Shown here: positions 9,095-19,690 of the stretch, piece by piece
Numbering within the stretch: the stretch's first letter is position 1
Layout of the letters: the number at the start of each line of letters is the position of its first letter
Assembly: GCA_048939765.1 (NCBI GenBank)
Contig: JBHLPF010000003.1
Coordinates: 32,001-96,000, forward strand
Reading direction: 5' to 3'
Origin: Promethearchaeota archaeon
Lineage (GTDB): Archaea > Asgardarchaeota > Thorarchaeia > Thorarchaeales > Thorarchaeaceae
DNA length: 64,000 nucleotides
Position numbers and translations under genes: made by a program
The notes under the pieces: generated by a model
Database searches by the model: none
What the model was told of the DNA's origin: nothing
What the model saw: the letters and a program-made list of their open reading frames with translations, nothing else

Positions 9095-10570
9095 CTAGCG
9101 TACCTCCTCTTGTGGAATCTCTAGGATATTCTTGGCTCGTCTGAAAATACTCAGCACTCTTCTAAAGTTGCCATTCATGGTGAACATGAGATTCATTCTT
9201 CTATACGTCATGTTGGAGTGGGTCAGCTTGTCAGGATTCATAATCCCTTTTGGATCCCAGCGGTTTCGAATTTCTTGAAAGCGATTATAGTCATCAGGCT
9301 GGAACTTCTTGAGATAGACCGTGTTCTGGAGACCAAGAGTGTAGAGCTGCCCGTCATGTTTGTAACCAAGTTTCACTAATCGGTGGAGCATTGTCTTACC
9401 AGCCATGAAATGCATCCAGTGCCTGTGGTCCGACGGTGCGAATAGACAGAGTCTTGCCCTTTTATCGTCACCCAGGACCAGATAGAAGCAGGAGTTAATC
9501 CGATACTTCTTTGCTATATTGTACATTCTTTCTGTTATTGGTTTGATATTCTCCACGGGTATCCAAAGATTCTGCATTGAAAGGGTTGGTACTTCCAGCT
9601 TTAGCTTCATTTCTACAATGAACCTGTCCTCCCAGCTCCGAAGGAAGTACTCCTCTCCTAGGTCCATCGCACCAGCTGTTTTGAAGATGCCACGGGCAGC
9701 CTTGACAGAATCCTCGACATCCAAGGGCTTTCCATCATAGGCGACCAGAAGAAAGTACCTTCCCTCAATAAGAGCTGGCAGTCCTCCAGCTACGCGCCAC
9801 TCATACTCTCTGTCAGTCAGTCTTAGATAGACTGGCTTATGCTTCAGTTGGCAGATCCTCTTTATTGCTTCAATTGTCTTCTCCAGATCGGCAAATGTAA
9901 ACATGACCCCGTCAAATGCTTCTGGCACTCGACGAATTTTCAGCTTTAATGATATCACAACGCCAGCAATTCCTGATGTGCCATAGAATACTTTCATATC
10001 GTCGCCAGTGATCGTTTCTATATGGCCTTCAGGTCGCACTACAGTCATCTCGACTACATTGTCCAACATATTTCCGTGCTTTGGAGTGCCTATTCCTGCT
10101 TTTCCCCCAATTGCGAGCCAGCCCGCAATTACAGATGCCACAGCACTCTGCGGCGCCACTCTCAGGGTGAATCCTTGCTTGCGGAGCTGGTTGTCAAGGA
10201 CTTCCCAAACGGCTCCAGCTTGGACGTGTACCCACATTTCATTTTCATTTATTTCAAGAATCTTGTCGAGGAGTTTTACATCAACCATGATTCCTCCTCT
10301 GGTTGGGCTTGCCGATCCATAATAGCAGGTGCCTCCTCCCCTTGGAATGACTGGTATCTTCTTTTTATTCGCCAATTCGAAAACTTGAGCGACCTGTTCT
10401 GCGCTTGTAGGACGTGCAACGTAGTCAGCTAGCCACTTCTTCTTCCATCGATAATGGTAGTAAGGAATCCCGGTCGTGTCACCACTAGCTGATAGCCTGT
10501 CTACCATATTGCCAGTTATCCACTCTACATCTTCCACTTTCTTCAAATCAATTGATTCCGTTTCGGTCAT
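9095..10570 (-). CDS. FAD-binding oxidoreductase, GlcD/VAO family, module A
   Basis: PRGGGT, GGIMVD, IAGWLAIGG, GTSGIAGVV, DPKGIMNPDK; start ATG 10570. Confidence 0.88.
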   Translation of the reverse strand: MTETESIDLKKVEDVEWITGNMVDRLSASGDTTGIPYYHYRWKKKWLADYVARPTSAEQVAQVFELANKKKIPVIPRGGGTCYYGSASPTRGGIMVDVKLLDKILEINENEMWVHVQAGAVWEVLDNQLRKQGFTLRVAPQSAVASVIAGWLAIGGKAGIGTPKHGNMLDNVVEMTVVRPEGHIETITGDDMKVFYGTSGIAGVVISLKLKIRRVPEAFDGVMFTFADLEKTIEAIKRICQLKHKPVYLRLTDREYEWRVAGGLPALIEGRYFLLVAYDGKPLDVEDSVKAARGIFKTAGAMDLGEEYFLRSWEDRFIVEMKLKLEVPTLSMQNLWIPVENIKPITERMYNIAKKYRINSCFYLVLGDDKRARLCLFAPSDHRHWMHFMAGKTMLHRLVKLGYKHDGQLYTLGLQNTVYLKKFQPDDYNRFQEIRNRWDPKGIMNPDKLTHSNMTYRRMNLMFTMNGNFRRVLSIFRRAKNILEIPQEEVR

Positions 10571-10584
10571 TACGTTCCAACCTC

Positions 10585-10998
10585 CTACATTAAGAACTGG
10601 ATGTATCCCATCACAAAAACAATAGTCCAGCATGTCAGAGCAGTTAATCCTGGCCATTTCACTCTGATTCCACTTATTCCTGTTAGAAACGCGAGTACTC
10701 CAAACAAATAGCCCACCGTTCCCAGAAGAATATGGACAAAATGGAAGATGTCCAATGCTGGATTATTGAGCAGTAAGCCAATCCTCGCATCAGGTAGAAT
10801 CACAACGATGTTGATAGTAGTCAATACGAGCGATAGTCCAGCACAGACGCCGTGTGTGAATGTGTATTTCTCCTTTGAGATTTGATATAGAAGCGTACCA
10901 ATGCCCAGCAAGATAATTGCTGGTAGTCCCAATAAGATTGTCAAGTGAAAGCTTGTCCCAGCCTGTAGCGGCTCAAACCATATTTGTTGACCGACCAT
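10585..10998 (-). CDS. 4-TM membrane protein with His in helices (cytochrome b-like candidate)
   Basis: FTHG and FHFVH in TM helices; aligns by eye with the C-terminal domain of 22288..23484; start ATG 10998. Confidence 0.6.
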   Translation of the reverse strand: MVGQQIWFEPLQAGTSFHLTILLGLPAIILLGIGTLLYQISKEKYTFTHGVCAGLSLVLTTINIVVILPDARIGLLLNNPALDIFHFVHILLGTVGYLFGVLAFLTGISGIRVKWPGLTALTCWTIVFVMGYIQFLM

Positions 10999-11035
10999 TT
11001 TACCACCCTTGCAGATTTTGGGCGGACGATATGGA

Positions 11036-12772
11036 CTAGTGCCAAATTCGTCTACCCAATCGTAGGAAAGGACCACCAATTGCCAGCATGAACGAGATAG
11101 GAATCATGTTAGCTACCTCGACCACAACTTCACCTATTACTAGTCCAAGTCCAAATGCGAGCAGCGCACTCGCCAAATCGGTCACTCCCAGCCACGGAAC
11201 GTAGGCATTCACGATATCAGGGACAATCCAGGTGACAAGCCATATGACGATGGGCACTGCCACAGCCACTGCCAGCATAATCAGAAGGTTGAATCGAAGT
11301 GATAGCTTCAGTGGACCGGAAAAGACCTTGTGAGGGTTCATGTACCCCTTTGGATCTGTCTGTTTCTTTATCTTCGCCATCTTCGCGTAGGTTTCCTTCC
11401 CGAAGTATGAACGAGAATGTGAGACATTCCACATGCCAATAGAATATGCCCTCCCATCATATTTGACACCAATGTCAATGACATCAAGAGAACGATACCA
11501 GCCCATCAGGAACGGTATTGTCCTGCGTTCATCATCCAAAAACCAAGTTAGAACCGCGACTTCTCCCCTATCGGACACTGCTCCTTCAGCTGCCCACTTC
11601 TCACGCTTAAAGTGGTCATCCATATGTGCCAAGAACTCATTCAATCGCTCAACAGGTACATAGACTTCGGAAGGTGCCAGACTTGGTCCCAATCGCTTTA
11701 TCCTCATTGGGTAGAATCGCTCATCCCACTCGTGATGCGCGATCTCTTCTGACTCCACTGTACCATTGTGACGTCTGACAACATGTTTGAGCTTCTCCAG
11801 TTCTCCAGCAATATCATCTTCAGTGCCTTCAAACGTGCAGAGAATTACCCATTCACCTGTTGTGTCGGGTGCTTGGCCAACTTCGACAAGCATACGGTGA
11901 AATGAGTCTGTGATGAAGTGCAAGTAGAACGGTCGTGTTGCCTTCAACAAGTCTGCCAAGGCTCCCTGCATCAAATTTCGGCTTCGGAAGGATGCGACAA
12001 CAGGGTGGATATTCCTTAGAGGAATTATCTTCAGAACGACCTTTGTGATAATGCCTAGAGCTCCATTACTGTCGATTAATAGCTCTTTCACATCATCATC
12101 TTGGGTTACATCGGCTTCTTGAGATCCCCAGACGTAACTATCATCACCTGGGAAATATTGGTAGGTCTTCCCTTTTGTTGTCACGATGTCATCTGGCGGG
12201 TCACTTGTTCTAAATATCCTGCCGTCTGGAAGAACAACTTCCATGTCAACAACCTGTTCTCTGATTCCTCCGTACTTGGTGCTGCCAATTCCAGAACCCC
12301 CGGCCGCAACCCAGCCTCCTACTGTGCTAGACGGTGCACTGGATGGATATGCCCCAACTGTAAGATCCTCGTCCTCCAGGATTTCAAGCAAGCGTCCCCA
12401 GATTATGCCTGAGCCAACTTCAACTGTCATGTTCTCGTGATTAATGTCGTGGACTTCGTTCATCCTAGTGGTTTCTATAACAAGTCCGCCTCTAGTTGGA
12501 AGAGCTCCCCCATATCCACTTGTTCCATGACCCCTGGGAACGACGGGTATCTTCTGTTCTATGCAATACTTCAGTAGATTTGATACGACTTTCGCGTTTA
12601 CCGGCTGAGCCACAGCTTCTGCTTCCGTGATGAGAATATCATTGACCAATCCAGGAAGCGCTGCAATATCATGAGAGTATAGTTTCCTCATGAATCCCTC
12701 AGCTGAGAAATAGTCTTCACCTGTGATGTCCGCAAGTTCCTGAACCTGTTTCGCTGTTAACACGCCTATCAC
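11036..12772 (-). CDS. FAD-binding oxidoreductase, GlcD/VAO family, with C-terminal membrane anchor, module B
   Basis: PRGHGTSGYGG, YPSSAPSSTVGGW, DPKGYMNPHK, then 2 TM helices. Confidence 0.88.
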   Translation of the reverse strand: MIGVLTAKQVQELADITGEDYFSAEGFMRKLYSHDIAALPGLVNDILITEAEAVAQPVNAKVVSNLLKYCIEQKIPVVPRGHGTSGYGGALPTRGGLVIETTRMNEVHDINHENMTVEVGSGIIWGRLLEILEDEDLTVGAYPSSAPSSTVGGWVAAGGSGIGSTKYGGIREQVVDMEVVLPDGRIFRTSDPPDDIVTTKGKTYQYFPGDDSYVWGSQEADVTQDDDVKELLIDSNGALGIITKVVLKIIPLRNIHPVVASFRSRNLMQGALADLLKATRPFYLHFITDSFHRMLVEVGQAPDTTGEWVILCTFEGTEDDIAGELEKLKHVVRRHNGTVESEEIAHHEWDERFYPMRIKRLGPSLAPSEVYVPVERLNEFLAHMDDHFKREKWAAEGAVSDRGEVAVLTWFLDDERRTIPFLMGWYRSLDVIDIGVKYDGRAYSIGMWNVSHSRSYFGKETYAKMAKIKKQTDPKGYMNPHKVFSGPLKLSLRFNLLIMLAVAVAVPIVIWLVTWIVPDIVNAYVPWLGVTDLASALLAFGLGLVIGEVVVEVANMIPISFMLAIGGPFLRLGRRIWH

Positions 12773-12774
12773 TC

Positions 12775-13962
12775 CTAAAGACCTAGTGCCTCCACCACAA
12801 TCTGGGATAAGTCCTTGAATTTGATCTCAGACTTCTTTTCCTCGATGCCATCTGTGAAAGACATTGTACAGGATGGACATTCACTTGCTAGAATCTCTGC
12901 TCCTGTCTTCTCAGCCTCTTCTATTCTACGCCCAGAGATTCGTACTGACATCATCGGATTGGTACCCTTTAGTAGACCTCCCCCTCCGCAACATCTAGCT
13001 TTGTTTCGGTTATGTTTCATCTCTCGAAGATCCAGCCCTGGTATCGCACTCAACACCTCACGAGCAGGATCATAGATCTCTTGATGTCGTCCAAGCTCAC
13101 AGGGGTCGTGCCAAGCGACAACATGATTGTAGGGCTTGGTGAACTTTATTCTGCCTTCATTCATCATCTTTTTTATAAACTGCGAAAACGACAGAAATTC
13201 CATGCCTTCTACAGATTCTTGCCCGAGAAGGTGCGGATACTCCTCAGAGAACGCGCGATGGCATCCAGGGCAGTTGAAGACTACTGTCTTGACACCCAAA
13301 TCCTTGAGCGTCGAAAGGTTATGTTTGGCTAGGCCCTTCGCCTTCTCAAACTCACCTGCAACAAAATAGGGATTTCCACAGCAAGTCTCCTCTTCTCCGA
13401 GAACTGTGAAATCGATTCCTAAATGATCGAAAACCTTGATAGTATTCTCTCCCATGAACGCTAGTGTTCCCTTGAATGAAATATTGCAGCCCGCAAAATA
13501 GGCGACCTCTGCATGCGCCATCTCTTTGTCTTCAACCAAGTCGTCGACCATGTCCGCCCAAAGCATTCTGTCGTATTGGTCCATCTCCATGATATTTTGG
13601 GTGTTCCTCAGAGACTCGTCAAGATATTTCACAATCTCTGGCCATTCTTCGAGATTCCCAACTTCGTTTCGAATCAACTGCCAGAAACGAAGCAGAGGTA
13701 TGTTTGTCTGGCAAATCTCCTGACAAGCGCCACACAGAGTACACTTGAATATCCTGTCAGCAAAGTCTGGAGGAATCTTCTGATTCTTTTTGACTAAATC
13801 CCTCAGTTGATACAGCTTTCCTCTTGGCGATTGTGAGTCCCACAGAGTATCTAGATAGGCAGGACATACAAACGTACAGAAACCGCACCTTGCACAGACT
13901 GTCGGTTCAATATCCAGGTTCTCTGCCTTAAGTTTTTCAAAGAGTTTGCTTCCCATCAACAT
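12775..13962 (-). CDS. Fe-S oxidoreductase, 2x[4Fe-4S] plus CCG domains, module B
   Basis: CARCGFCTFVCP, CTLCGACQEIC, CCG x2, HDPCELGR, CPSC. Confidence 0.9.
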   Translation of the reverse strand: MLMGSKLFEKLKAENLDIEPTVCARCGFCTFVCPAYLDTLWDSQSPRGKLYQLRDLVKKNQKIPPDFADRIFKCTLCGACQEICQTNIPLLRFWQLIRNEVGNLEEWPEIVKYLDESLRNTQNIMEMDQYDRMLWADMVDDLVEDKEMAHAEVAYFAGCNISFKGTLAFMGENTIKVFDHLGIDFTVLGEEETCCGNPYFVAGEFEKAKGLAKHNLSTLKDLGVKTVVFNCPGCHRAFSEEYPHLLGQESVEGMEFLSFSQFIKKMMNEGRIKFTKPYNHVVAWHDPCELGRHQEIYDPAREVLSAIPGLDLREMKHNRNKARCCGGGGLLKGTNPMMSVRISGRRIEEAEKTGAEILASECPSCTMSFTDGIEEKKSEIKFKDLSQIVVEALGL

Positions 13963-13968
13963 CCCTCT

Positions 13969-14466
13969 TCAGGGCCAAGGCAATCCTATCCAATCAAGTA
14001 TTGGCTCCAGAATCGATTCGTGATAAACCGCGATCCCTCCCAATGCAGCGATTATGATTATCAATACTCCAGCAACAACTAAGCCTATCCCATAAGTGAG
14101 AAAACCTGAGGTCTTGTCCCACACTCTATCGCCAAGTCTGGTTCGAAGAATAACTAGGAAGATATAGATCTCTGTTGCCACAATTGACCAGAGAATCTTG
14201 AATCTCATATAGGGGTCAATTATCAGTGCAACCATTGGCCAATCCAAGAAGCCTGTCGCCATCCCTACGAAGAGGCCGATGAGTGTTATTATGCTTCCCC
14301 AATAGATGAAGACATCAAACTCATGAAAGATCCTTGCCATTCTTGTCCCGGGGGTTCTTATGCCATCTCGAAACACTAGCCTGAATACGATATTGAGCAA
14401 TGCAATAACCGCTACAGCTGCTCCTATGCCGGTATGAAAGTGTACAAAGACTGGATGTAGTGCCAT
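13969..14466 (-). CDS. DUF2231-like 4-TM membrane protein
   Basis: N-terminal LHPVFVHF and C-terminal LGG..VY pattern. Confidence 0.55.
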   Translation of the reverse strand: MALHPVFVHFHTGIGAAVAVIALLNIVFRLVFRDGIRTPGTRMARIFHEFDVFIYWGSIITLIGLFVGMATGFLDWPMVALIIDPYMRFKILWSIVATEIYIFLVILRTRLGDRVWDKTSGFLTYGIGLVVAGVLIIIIAALGGIAVYHESILEPILDWIGLPWP

Positions 14467-14478
14467 GATAATCACCCT

Positions 14479-15120
14479 CTAGGTTCGGGCCCTCCTCAAA
14501 ACAAACAAGCCTAAGATGGCAAGCACCACTGCCGAAGCTGGAGTTATGGTGTACATCATCAGCTCCCATATGGCAATAAGCTCCTCCTGAGATGGTGTCG
14601 TTGGAGGGGGTGTTGTTGTAGTCGGCGGTGTGCTTGTTGGGGGACTTGTTGTGGCAGTGTTCTCTGCCACATCGACATTTATGTCAACACTCCGGCCTAC
14701 TCCTCCAGTTTCAGCAGACCAAATTCTGATTACGAAGGATCCTACCGTCCGAGGTGTAAATGTGATTGACGCTTGGATCTCTCCTACGTTTCCATTTGCA
14801 TCCTCAGCATCTCCATCCCAGACTACATCGTCAGAGATTGTGAACTCCCCATTGTCAGCAACTCCGTCTTTAATGCTGATTGCGATATGTTCTGTACTAT
14901 CGCTTGCGTCTATGATGAGCAGGAATGATACTCCCCTAGTTGCTTCAATCGTCCCAGTCGCATTCGTTGAAAGTGTAGTACCCACGGTTGTATGGCATCC
15001 CGCTTGTAGAGCGCAATTAGGATTGTAATCCGGTATAGCGAAAGAACTGCTCGCCAAGATAAACACTGAGATGACCAGGGTCGCTATAACCAAGGTCATT
15101 CTGCGATGCTGCTTCTTCAT
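14479..15120 (-). CDS. Exported membrane-anchored protein with CX5CH motif, Ig-like domain and Pro/Thr linker (putative atypical c-type cytochrome)
   Basis: Signal peptide, CALQAGCH, TSPPTSTPPTTTTPPPTTP, C-terminal TM plus RRAR. Confidence 0.6.
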   Translation of the reverse strand: MKKQHRRMTLVIATLVISVFILASSSFAIPDYNPNCALQAGCHTTVGTTLSTNATGTIEATRGVSFLLIIDASDSTEHIAISIKDGVADNGEFTISDDVVWDGDAEDANGNVGEIQASITFTPRTVGSFVIRIWSAETGGVGRSVDINVDVAENTATTSPPTSTPPTTTTPPPTTPSQEELIAIWELMMYTITPASAVVLAILGLFVLRRART

Positions 15121-15343
15121 CTGGTTGTCTCCATTGGTTCTGAACAAGGCTCTATATCGAGTTCGTTCGTCGTTGGCCAAGGCCATGGTTTCAATCCGGA
15201 ACCACGCAACGCCATTTTAAGCATATCGGAAGCTTACATTGTAGGTTTCGAAAGCCGCCTGTTACGTCCTGAGACTTAACTCCTATCGAGAGGTACAATA
15301 CGTAAGTAATTCGAGTATCATCCACATTTTGGCTCTACAAGAG

Positions 15344-17050
15344 TTACCGATTGAGAATCCTATCAAGAACTCTCAACAAGGGAATTCCCACGGCCAGGGC
15401 CTGATTTATCGTCATCAGCTTAATGACTAATAGACCTAACGCTCCGCCCACGAACGATAGCATCCAGATCAGTTGCACTTGAATAGCCGGGATTGGAAAC
15501 GAAAAAACAAGGTTCACAGCCCATTCGAGTCCCAGGATCTGGGGGCCAAAGTAAAGCATGACGAATGCAAGAACGAAGCCCAAACCGAAGCCAAAGACCT
15601 GCGAATGCCATGCAGTTTGGGCTCGCCCTCCAAAGACTTTCAGCGGATTCATCATATTATTGGGATCAATCTCTTTCTTCAGCTGTGACAGCTTCGCAAT
15701 CTTCTCTTCACCGTAGAACTCTTTTGAGTGTCTGGTATTCCAGAGTGCTACCGCATAGGGATGTCCTTCATACTTTCCAGCCAAAGCAGCAATGTCAAAA
15801 GATCGGTGCCACCCTATTGTGTGCCTGATTTTCTTTCTCTCATCGTCAAGAATCCACACTAGGTAGGATGCCACTCCATCAGCGCCGATAGTTCCTTCAA
15901 CGGCGAATTTCGAACTACCTAACTTGTTCAAGGTGTTTCGGTGAAGCTCAGGGAGGCGATCCACAGGAGTCGTGACCTCAGCTGGAATCAAACTAGGTCC
16001 TTGTCTCTTGAATCTCAATGGATACAATCTTTCATCCCAATAGAAGTCTGCACGCTTCTCATCCAACATTATTCCATTATTCGCACTGACGAACTTCTCG
16101 ATTGCTTCAATTCCATCATCATTATCATAGATGGTTCCATGTAGTGCTCCGGCGAGTACGAATTTATTCCATTCAGCGGGGAAGCCAATCAAGGTCACTA
16201 ATTTAGAGGTGTGATTGCTGTCAAGATATCTTAGATGATAAGGCAATGCGCCGTCTATCATGAGCTGAGCAGCTTTGGCGAGGTCCTCTATTGAGTCGAA
16301 TGAGCATGCAAATGGACGAAGTTGGAGTTTGGGAATGGTTCGAAGTGTGACCTTGGTAATAATGCCAAGAGTTCCATAGGTTTTGGAGAGTACTTCATTG
16401 AGTCTGATTTTGCCACCTGCTTTCTCAGAGAGCCAAGCAGTCCCTTCAGCTGCTTCATCCTGCAAATCATCAGACTGAGGTCCTAGGACTACTTCGCCAA
16501 CTCGGACAATTTTGCCATTAGCCAGAACTGCTTCAATTCCAACCACTTGATCACCAATCTCACCATGCTTGGCTGATCCAATGCCGAAACCCCCACTGGC
16601 TACGAAACCTCCAACTGTTGCCGCTGTTGCGCTTGACGGATAGATCGGCAAAGTGGTGCCCATTCGCTCAAGAATCATCAGCAATTCCCGCCAGGTGATT
16701 CCTGCCTCAACCGTAACCGTGCAGGCATAGTCATCAAGATGTACAATCTTATTCATCTGCGTGAGACTCACGCAAAGTCCTCTCTTGACAGGAATAGAGC
16801 CTCCCCAGCCTGATGTTCCATTTCCCCTCGGAACAATTGGCAGGTGATTCCTGCTTGCGTAGCGGAGAAGTAATTGCAGCGATTTCACTGTGACTGGTTG
16901 AGCGACTAAATCGAATTCATTCTTGATAATCTGACTGGCTAGTGCTGGCAAATTGGCTGCATCTTCAGAGTATATGCGGCAGGTTTCACTGTCTGCAGTA
17001 ATATTATCAGCTCCCACGATGTCCTCCAATTCCTGTGGCACGACCTTCAT
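15344..17050 (-). CDS. FAD-binding oxidoreductase, GlcD/VAO family, with C-terminal membrane anchor, module C
   Basis: PRGNGTSGWGG, YPSSATAATVGGF, DPNNMMNPLK, 2 TM. Confidence 0.88.
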   Translation of the reverse strand: MKVVPQELEDIVGADNITADSETCRIYSEDAANLPALASQIIKNEFDLVAQPVTVKSLQLLLRYASRNHLPIVPRGNGTSGWGGSIPVKRGLCVSLTQMNKIVHLDDYACTVTVEAGITWRELLMILERMGTTLPIYPSSATAATVGGFVASGGFGIGSAKHGEIGDQVVGIEAVLANGKIVRVGEVVLGPQSDDLQDEAAEGTAWLSEKAGGKIRLNEVLSKTYGTLGIITKVTLRTIPKLQLRPFACSFDSIEDLAKAAQLMIDGALPYHLRYLDSNHTSKLVTLIGFPAEWNKFVLAGALHGTIYDNDDGIEAIEKFVSANNGIMLDEKRADFYWDERLYPLRFKRQGPSLIPAEVTTPVDRLPELHRNTLNKLGSSKFAVEGTIGADGVASYLVWILDDERKKIRHTIGWHRSFDIAALAGKYEGHPYAVALWNTRHSKEFYGEEKIAKLSQLKKEIDPNNMMNPLKVFGGRAQTAWHSQVFGFGLGFVLAFVMLYFGPQILGLEWAVNLVFSFPIPAIQVQLIWMLSFVGGALGLLVIKLMTINQALAVGIPLLRVLDRILNR

Positions 17051-17052
17051 TG

Positions 17053-18249
17053 CTACTCGCCTCCTTTCTCATACCCCGAACGCAATGAATTTGCCACCAG
17101 CTGTGTAATGTCTAGAATTTGAATGCTATAACCTAGGGTAATTGTTGCTAGATCGAATGCCATTTCACATCTGGGGCATTCTGTCACAAGTAGCGATGCT
17201 GGAGTGACGGATGCATCCCTCAATCGCATCTCCGCAATCTGTGCGGACAAGTGTGGATCAATCATATTCAGAAGGGCATGCGATCCGCAACATCTGGTGT
17301 CTTCCTCAGAAGGGACCATTTCGACTCGATAGATTCCAGGAATCCTCTCTATCACGTTCCTAGGTTCTTTTGAAACACCGAGGACCCTAGCTGAAATGCA
17401 AGGATCGTGATAGGTGGCAGTAATCATAGGCTGCTCTTCGAAAGAAAGACGCCCTTTCTCGATGAGCTGGTTAAGGAACTGTGAAGCAGTTAGGAGCTCC
17501 ATCTTTCTCACAGCTGAAGTTCCTGAGCTCTTATGCATCGAACTAATCCAGGTGCTAGCACACGATGGACAACTAAACACTACTTTCCTTACGCCGAGAT
17601 CAGCAAGGGCTTGCGCATTCTTCTCAACCATGGTTGGAGTTCCTTCGGGTTCTCCAGCCCAAAGCAGAGGAGCTCCACAACATGATTCGTTCTCTCCGAG
17701 AAGAGTATATTCGACTCCTGCATGTTCCATGATTCTTATCATCGACTTGGCTACGGCATGGAGCTGGTGCTTCAGTGATACATTACATCCAAGAAAGTAT
17801 GCGACATCTGCTTTTGCATTGATTCTCGGCTCAACAATGTCCTCAATGCCCTCTGCCCACAGCATTCTGTTGGATTTGCCTATGGAAAATGGGTCGCCAG
17901 TTTTCTTGATTGACTCGCTGGCAAACTTGACTGGTGGTGGAGTAAGGTCTCTTTCTTTTGCCTCCTCGCGCATTAGTTCCCAGAACCTATCGAGCCTGAT
18001 ACTAGTTGTACAGACAGTCGTGCAATGTTCGCACAGTGTGCAGAGGAAGAGCTTCCTCGTAAAATCTGGATTGAACTCGGCTTCCTTTTCTAAAATCGAT
18101 TTTGTAATGCTTAGTTTTCCTCTAGGGCCGTATGGTTCCCATCTCATCTGGCGAAACACTGGACATACGAGTGTGCAATTACCACAAGATGCACAGACGT
18201 ACGGGTCGTTCTTCTGCCCGCTTTGTTCAATCGGCCCAGCTCTAGTCAT
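17053..18249 (-). CDS. Fe-S oxidoreductase, 2x[4Fe-4S] plus CCG domains, module C
   Basis: CASCGNCTLVCP, CTLCEHCTTVC, CCG x2, HDPC, CPRC; start ATG 18249. Confidence 0.9.
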   Translation of the reverse strand: MTRAGPIEQSGQKNDPYVCASCGNCTLVCPVFRQMRWEPYGPRGKLSITKSILEKEAEFNPDFTRKLFLCTLCEHCTTVCTTSIRLDRFWELMREEAKERDLTPPPVKFASESIKKTGDPFSIGKSNRMLWAEGIEDIVEPRINAKADVAYFLGCNVSLKHQLHAVAKSMIRIMEHAGVEYTLLGENESCCGAPLLWAGEPEGTPTMVEKNAQALADLGVRKVVFSCPSCASTWISSMHKSSGTSAVRKMELLTASQFLNQLIEKGRLSFEEQPMITATYHDPCISARVLGVSKEPRNVIERIPGIYRVEMVPSEEDTRCCGSHALLNMIDPHLSAQIAEMRLRDASVTPASLLVTECPRCEMAFDLATITLGYSIQILDITQLVANSLRSGYEKGGE

Positions 18250-18351
18250 TCCAAAGGAATGTCCATTATCTCGCCTTAAGACTGTTAGGCTAGGTTCAAA
18301 AATGAAAGGACACCGGAGCACACATACAGGCACTCCGGATTGTCTATAAAA

Positions 18352-19683
18352 CTAGGACAGGTCCTGAATCATCTCGCCAGCGCAGGCAATTCCGGACCTA
18401 GAAGCCGCTTCCATGCTGGCATAGTATATTCCACAGTTGGCAAATGACCCAGCAACATAGAGTCCTTCGACCCCGGTCCTATTCGTCTTGAGTCGGTCCT
18501 CCAAGATGCCAGGGGGCTGAGAAAGGACTGACCGCCAAATCTTCCAGCTCTTCTTCCAGGTGACCTTCTCTTCGACCCCAGGGATGAGTTCTTTGAGTTC
18601 ACTGAGGATTTCATCGGTCGCTTCCTCATCACTCATCTTCAGCAGTTCTTTATCGATACTGGTGACAGTCAATAGTGATTCGCCAATAGGAGCGAGGACT
18701 CCAGAGACCCGTTTCGCCTCAGCTACAATGTTGATCTTCCTGCCAGGTACAAAGGCACCAACATTGAAGTCAAGCACACGAGATGAAAGGCCGAAGTAGG
18801 CTACGGTTGATGGAGCATAAGTGAATTTACCAACAGCCTTGCCAAAATCGGCCGGTAGCTTGTTCATGTTCACAAGATTCGGAAGAAGGTCTATTGGTGT
18901 GGTCACCACGACTGCATCGGTATCAACGTGCTGATCCTTGCCATCTTGCTCGTAGTCGACTCCTTGAACCTTGCCGTCCTCAATAATGATTTGCTTGACC
19001 GTGGAGTTCACCTTTGGTTCTACCGCAAAGTTGCGTGCTTGAAGCATGAGCGTGTATGGGACACTCCCCAGTCCTCCTCGCTCAGGATACATCGCCTTGA
19101 ATCCATCCTCATATGCGAACCTCTGCTTCTCAGAGTATAGATACTGACCAGCAGAAACCTCGTCCGGAGTCATAAAGGTCACAGTTCTTATCAGTGGATC
19201 ATAGAAGTCCTCTTGGATGGACTCAGCTATGCCCTTTTCATCTGCATATTGAGAAAAGGTCATCTTATCTAGTTCAAGGAATTCTTCGTCAGGTCTGTTC
19301 ATACTCTCTTGGACAAGCAAACCCAGACGTGCCCTATCAGCAACAGGCAATAATCCGAACTTGGCGAGGTCCACCGCAGACTTGCGGACAATGTGTCTGT
19401 CTCCGCTCTTGAGCCAGACAGCTCCCTCTCCAACCGTGGTCATTCTGATTCCACTTCGTTCGAGAATTGGAATCAGTGATTTGAAACCACCAACAAAGAA
19501 GTGGAGGCCCTGATCAAACACGTAGCCAGATTCGGTGAAGGATCTGGCTCGTCCGCCCACAGTCTTCTCTTTCTCTAGGATTGTACATCGCGCCTTAAGC
19601 CCCTTAAGCTCCAGAGCACAGCTGAATCCAGCAATGCCCGCGCCTACAACCACAACCCTTGTCCCCTTTCTTGATTCGCTCAT
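18352..19683 (-). CDS. FAD-dependent oxidoreductase, amine oxidase/phytoene desaturase/HpnE superfamily
   Basis: VVGAGIAG..E..VGGRA, FDQGLH, LYVAG..SMEAASRSG. Confidence 0.8.
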   Translation of the reverse strand: MSESRKGTRVVVVGAGIAGFSCALELKGLKARCTILEKEKTVGGRARSFTESGYVFDQGLHFFVGGFKSLIPILERSGIRMTTVGEGAVWLKSGDRHIVRKSAVDLAKFGLLPVADRARLGLLVQESMNRPDEEFLELDKMTFSQYADEKGIAESIQEDFYDPLIRTVTFMTPDEVSAGQYLYSEKQRFAYEDGFKAMYPERGGLGSVPYTLMLQARNFAVEPKVNSTVKQIIIEDGKVQGVDYEQDGKDQHVDTDAVVVTTPIDLLPNLVNMNKLPADFGKAVGKFTYAPSTVAYFGLSSRVLDFNVGAFVPGRKINIVAEAKRVSGVLAPIGESLLTVTSIDKELLKMSDEEATDEILSELKELIPGVEEKVTWKKSWKIWRSVLSQPPGILEDRLKTNRTGVEGLYVAGSFANCGIYYASMEAASRSGIACAGEMIQDLS

Positions 19684-19690
19684 TTGGTTC

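Noticed and set aside
12775-13962. CPGCH as a heme c motif
   Set aside because: It is the CxxC of a CCG domain in a protein with no signal peptide
17414-18349. 311-aa plus-strand ORF and the many similar short antisense ORFs
   Set aside because: Shadow frames of well-supported genes with no recognisable motifs
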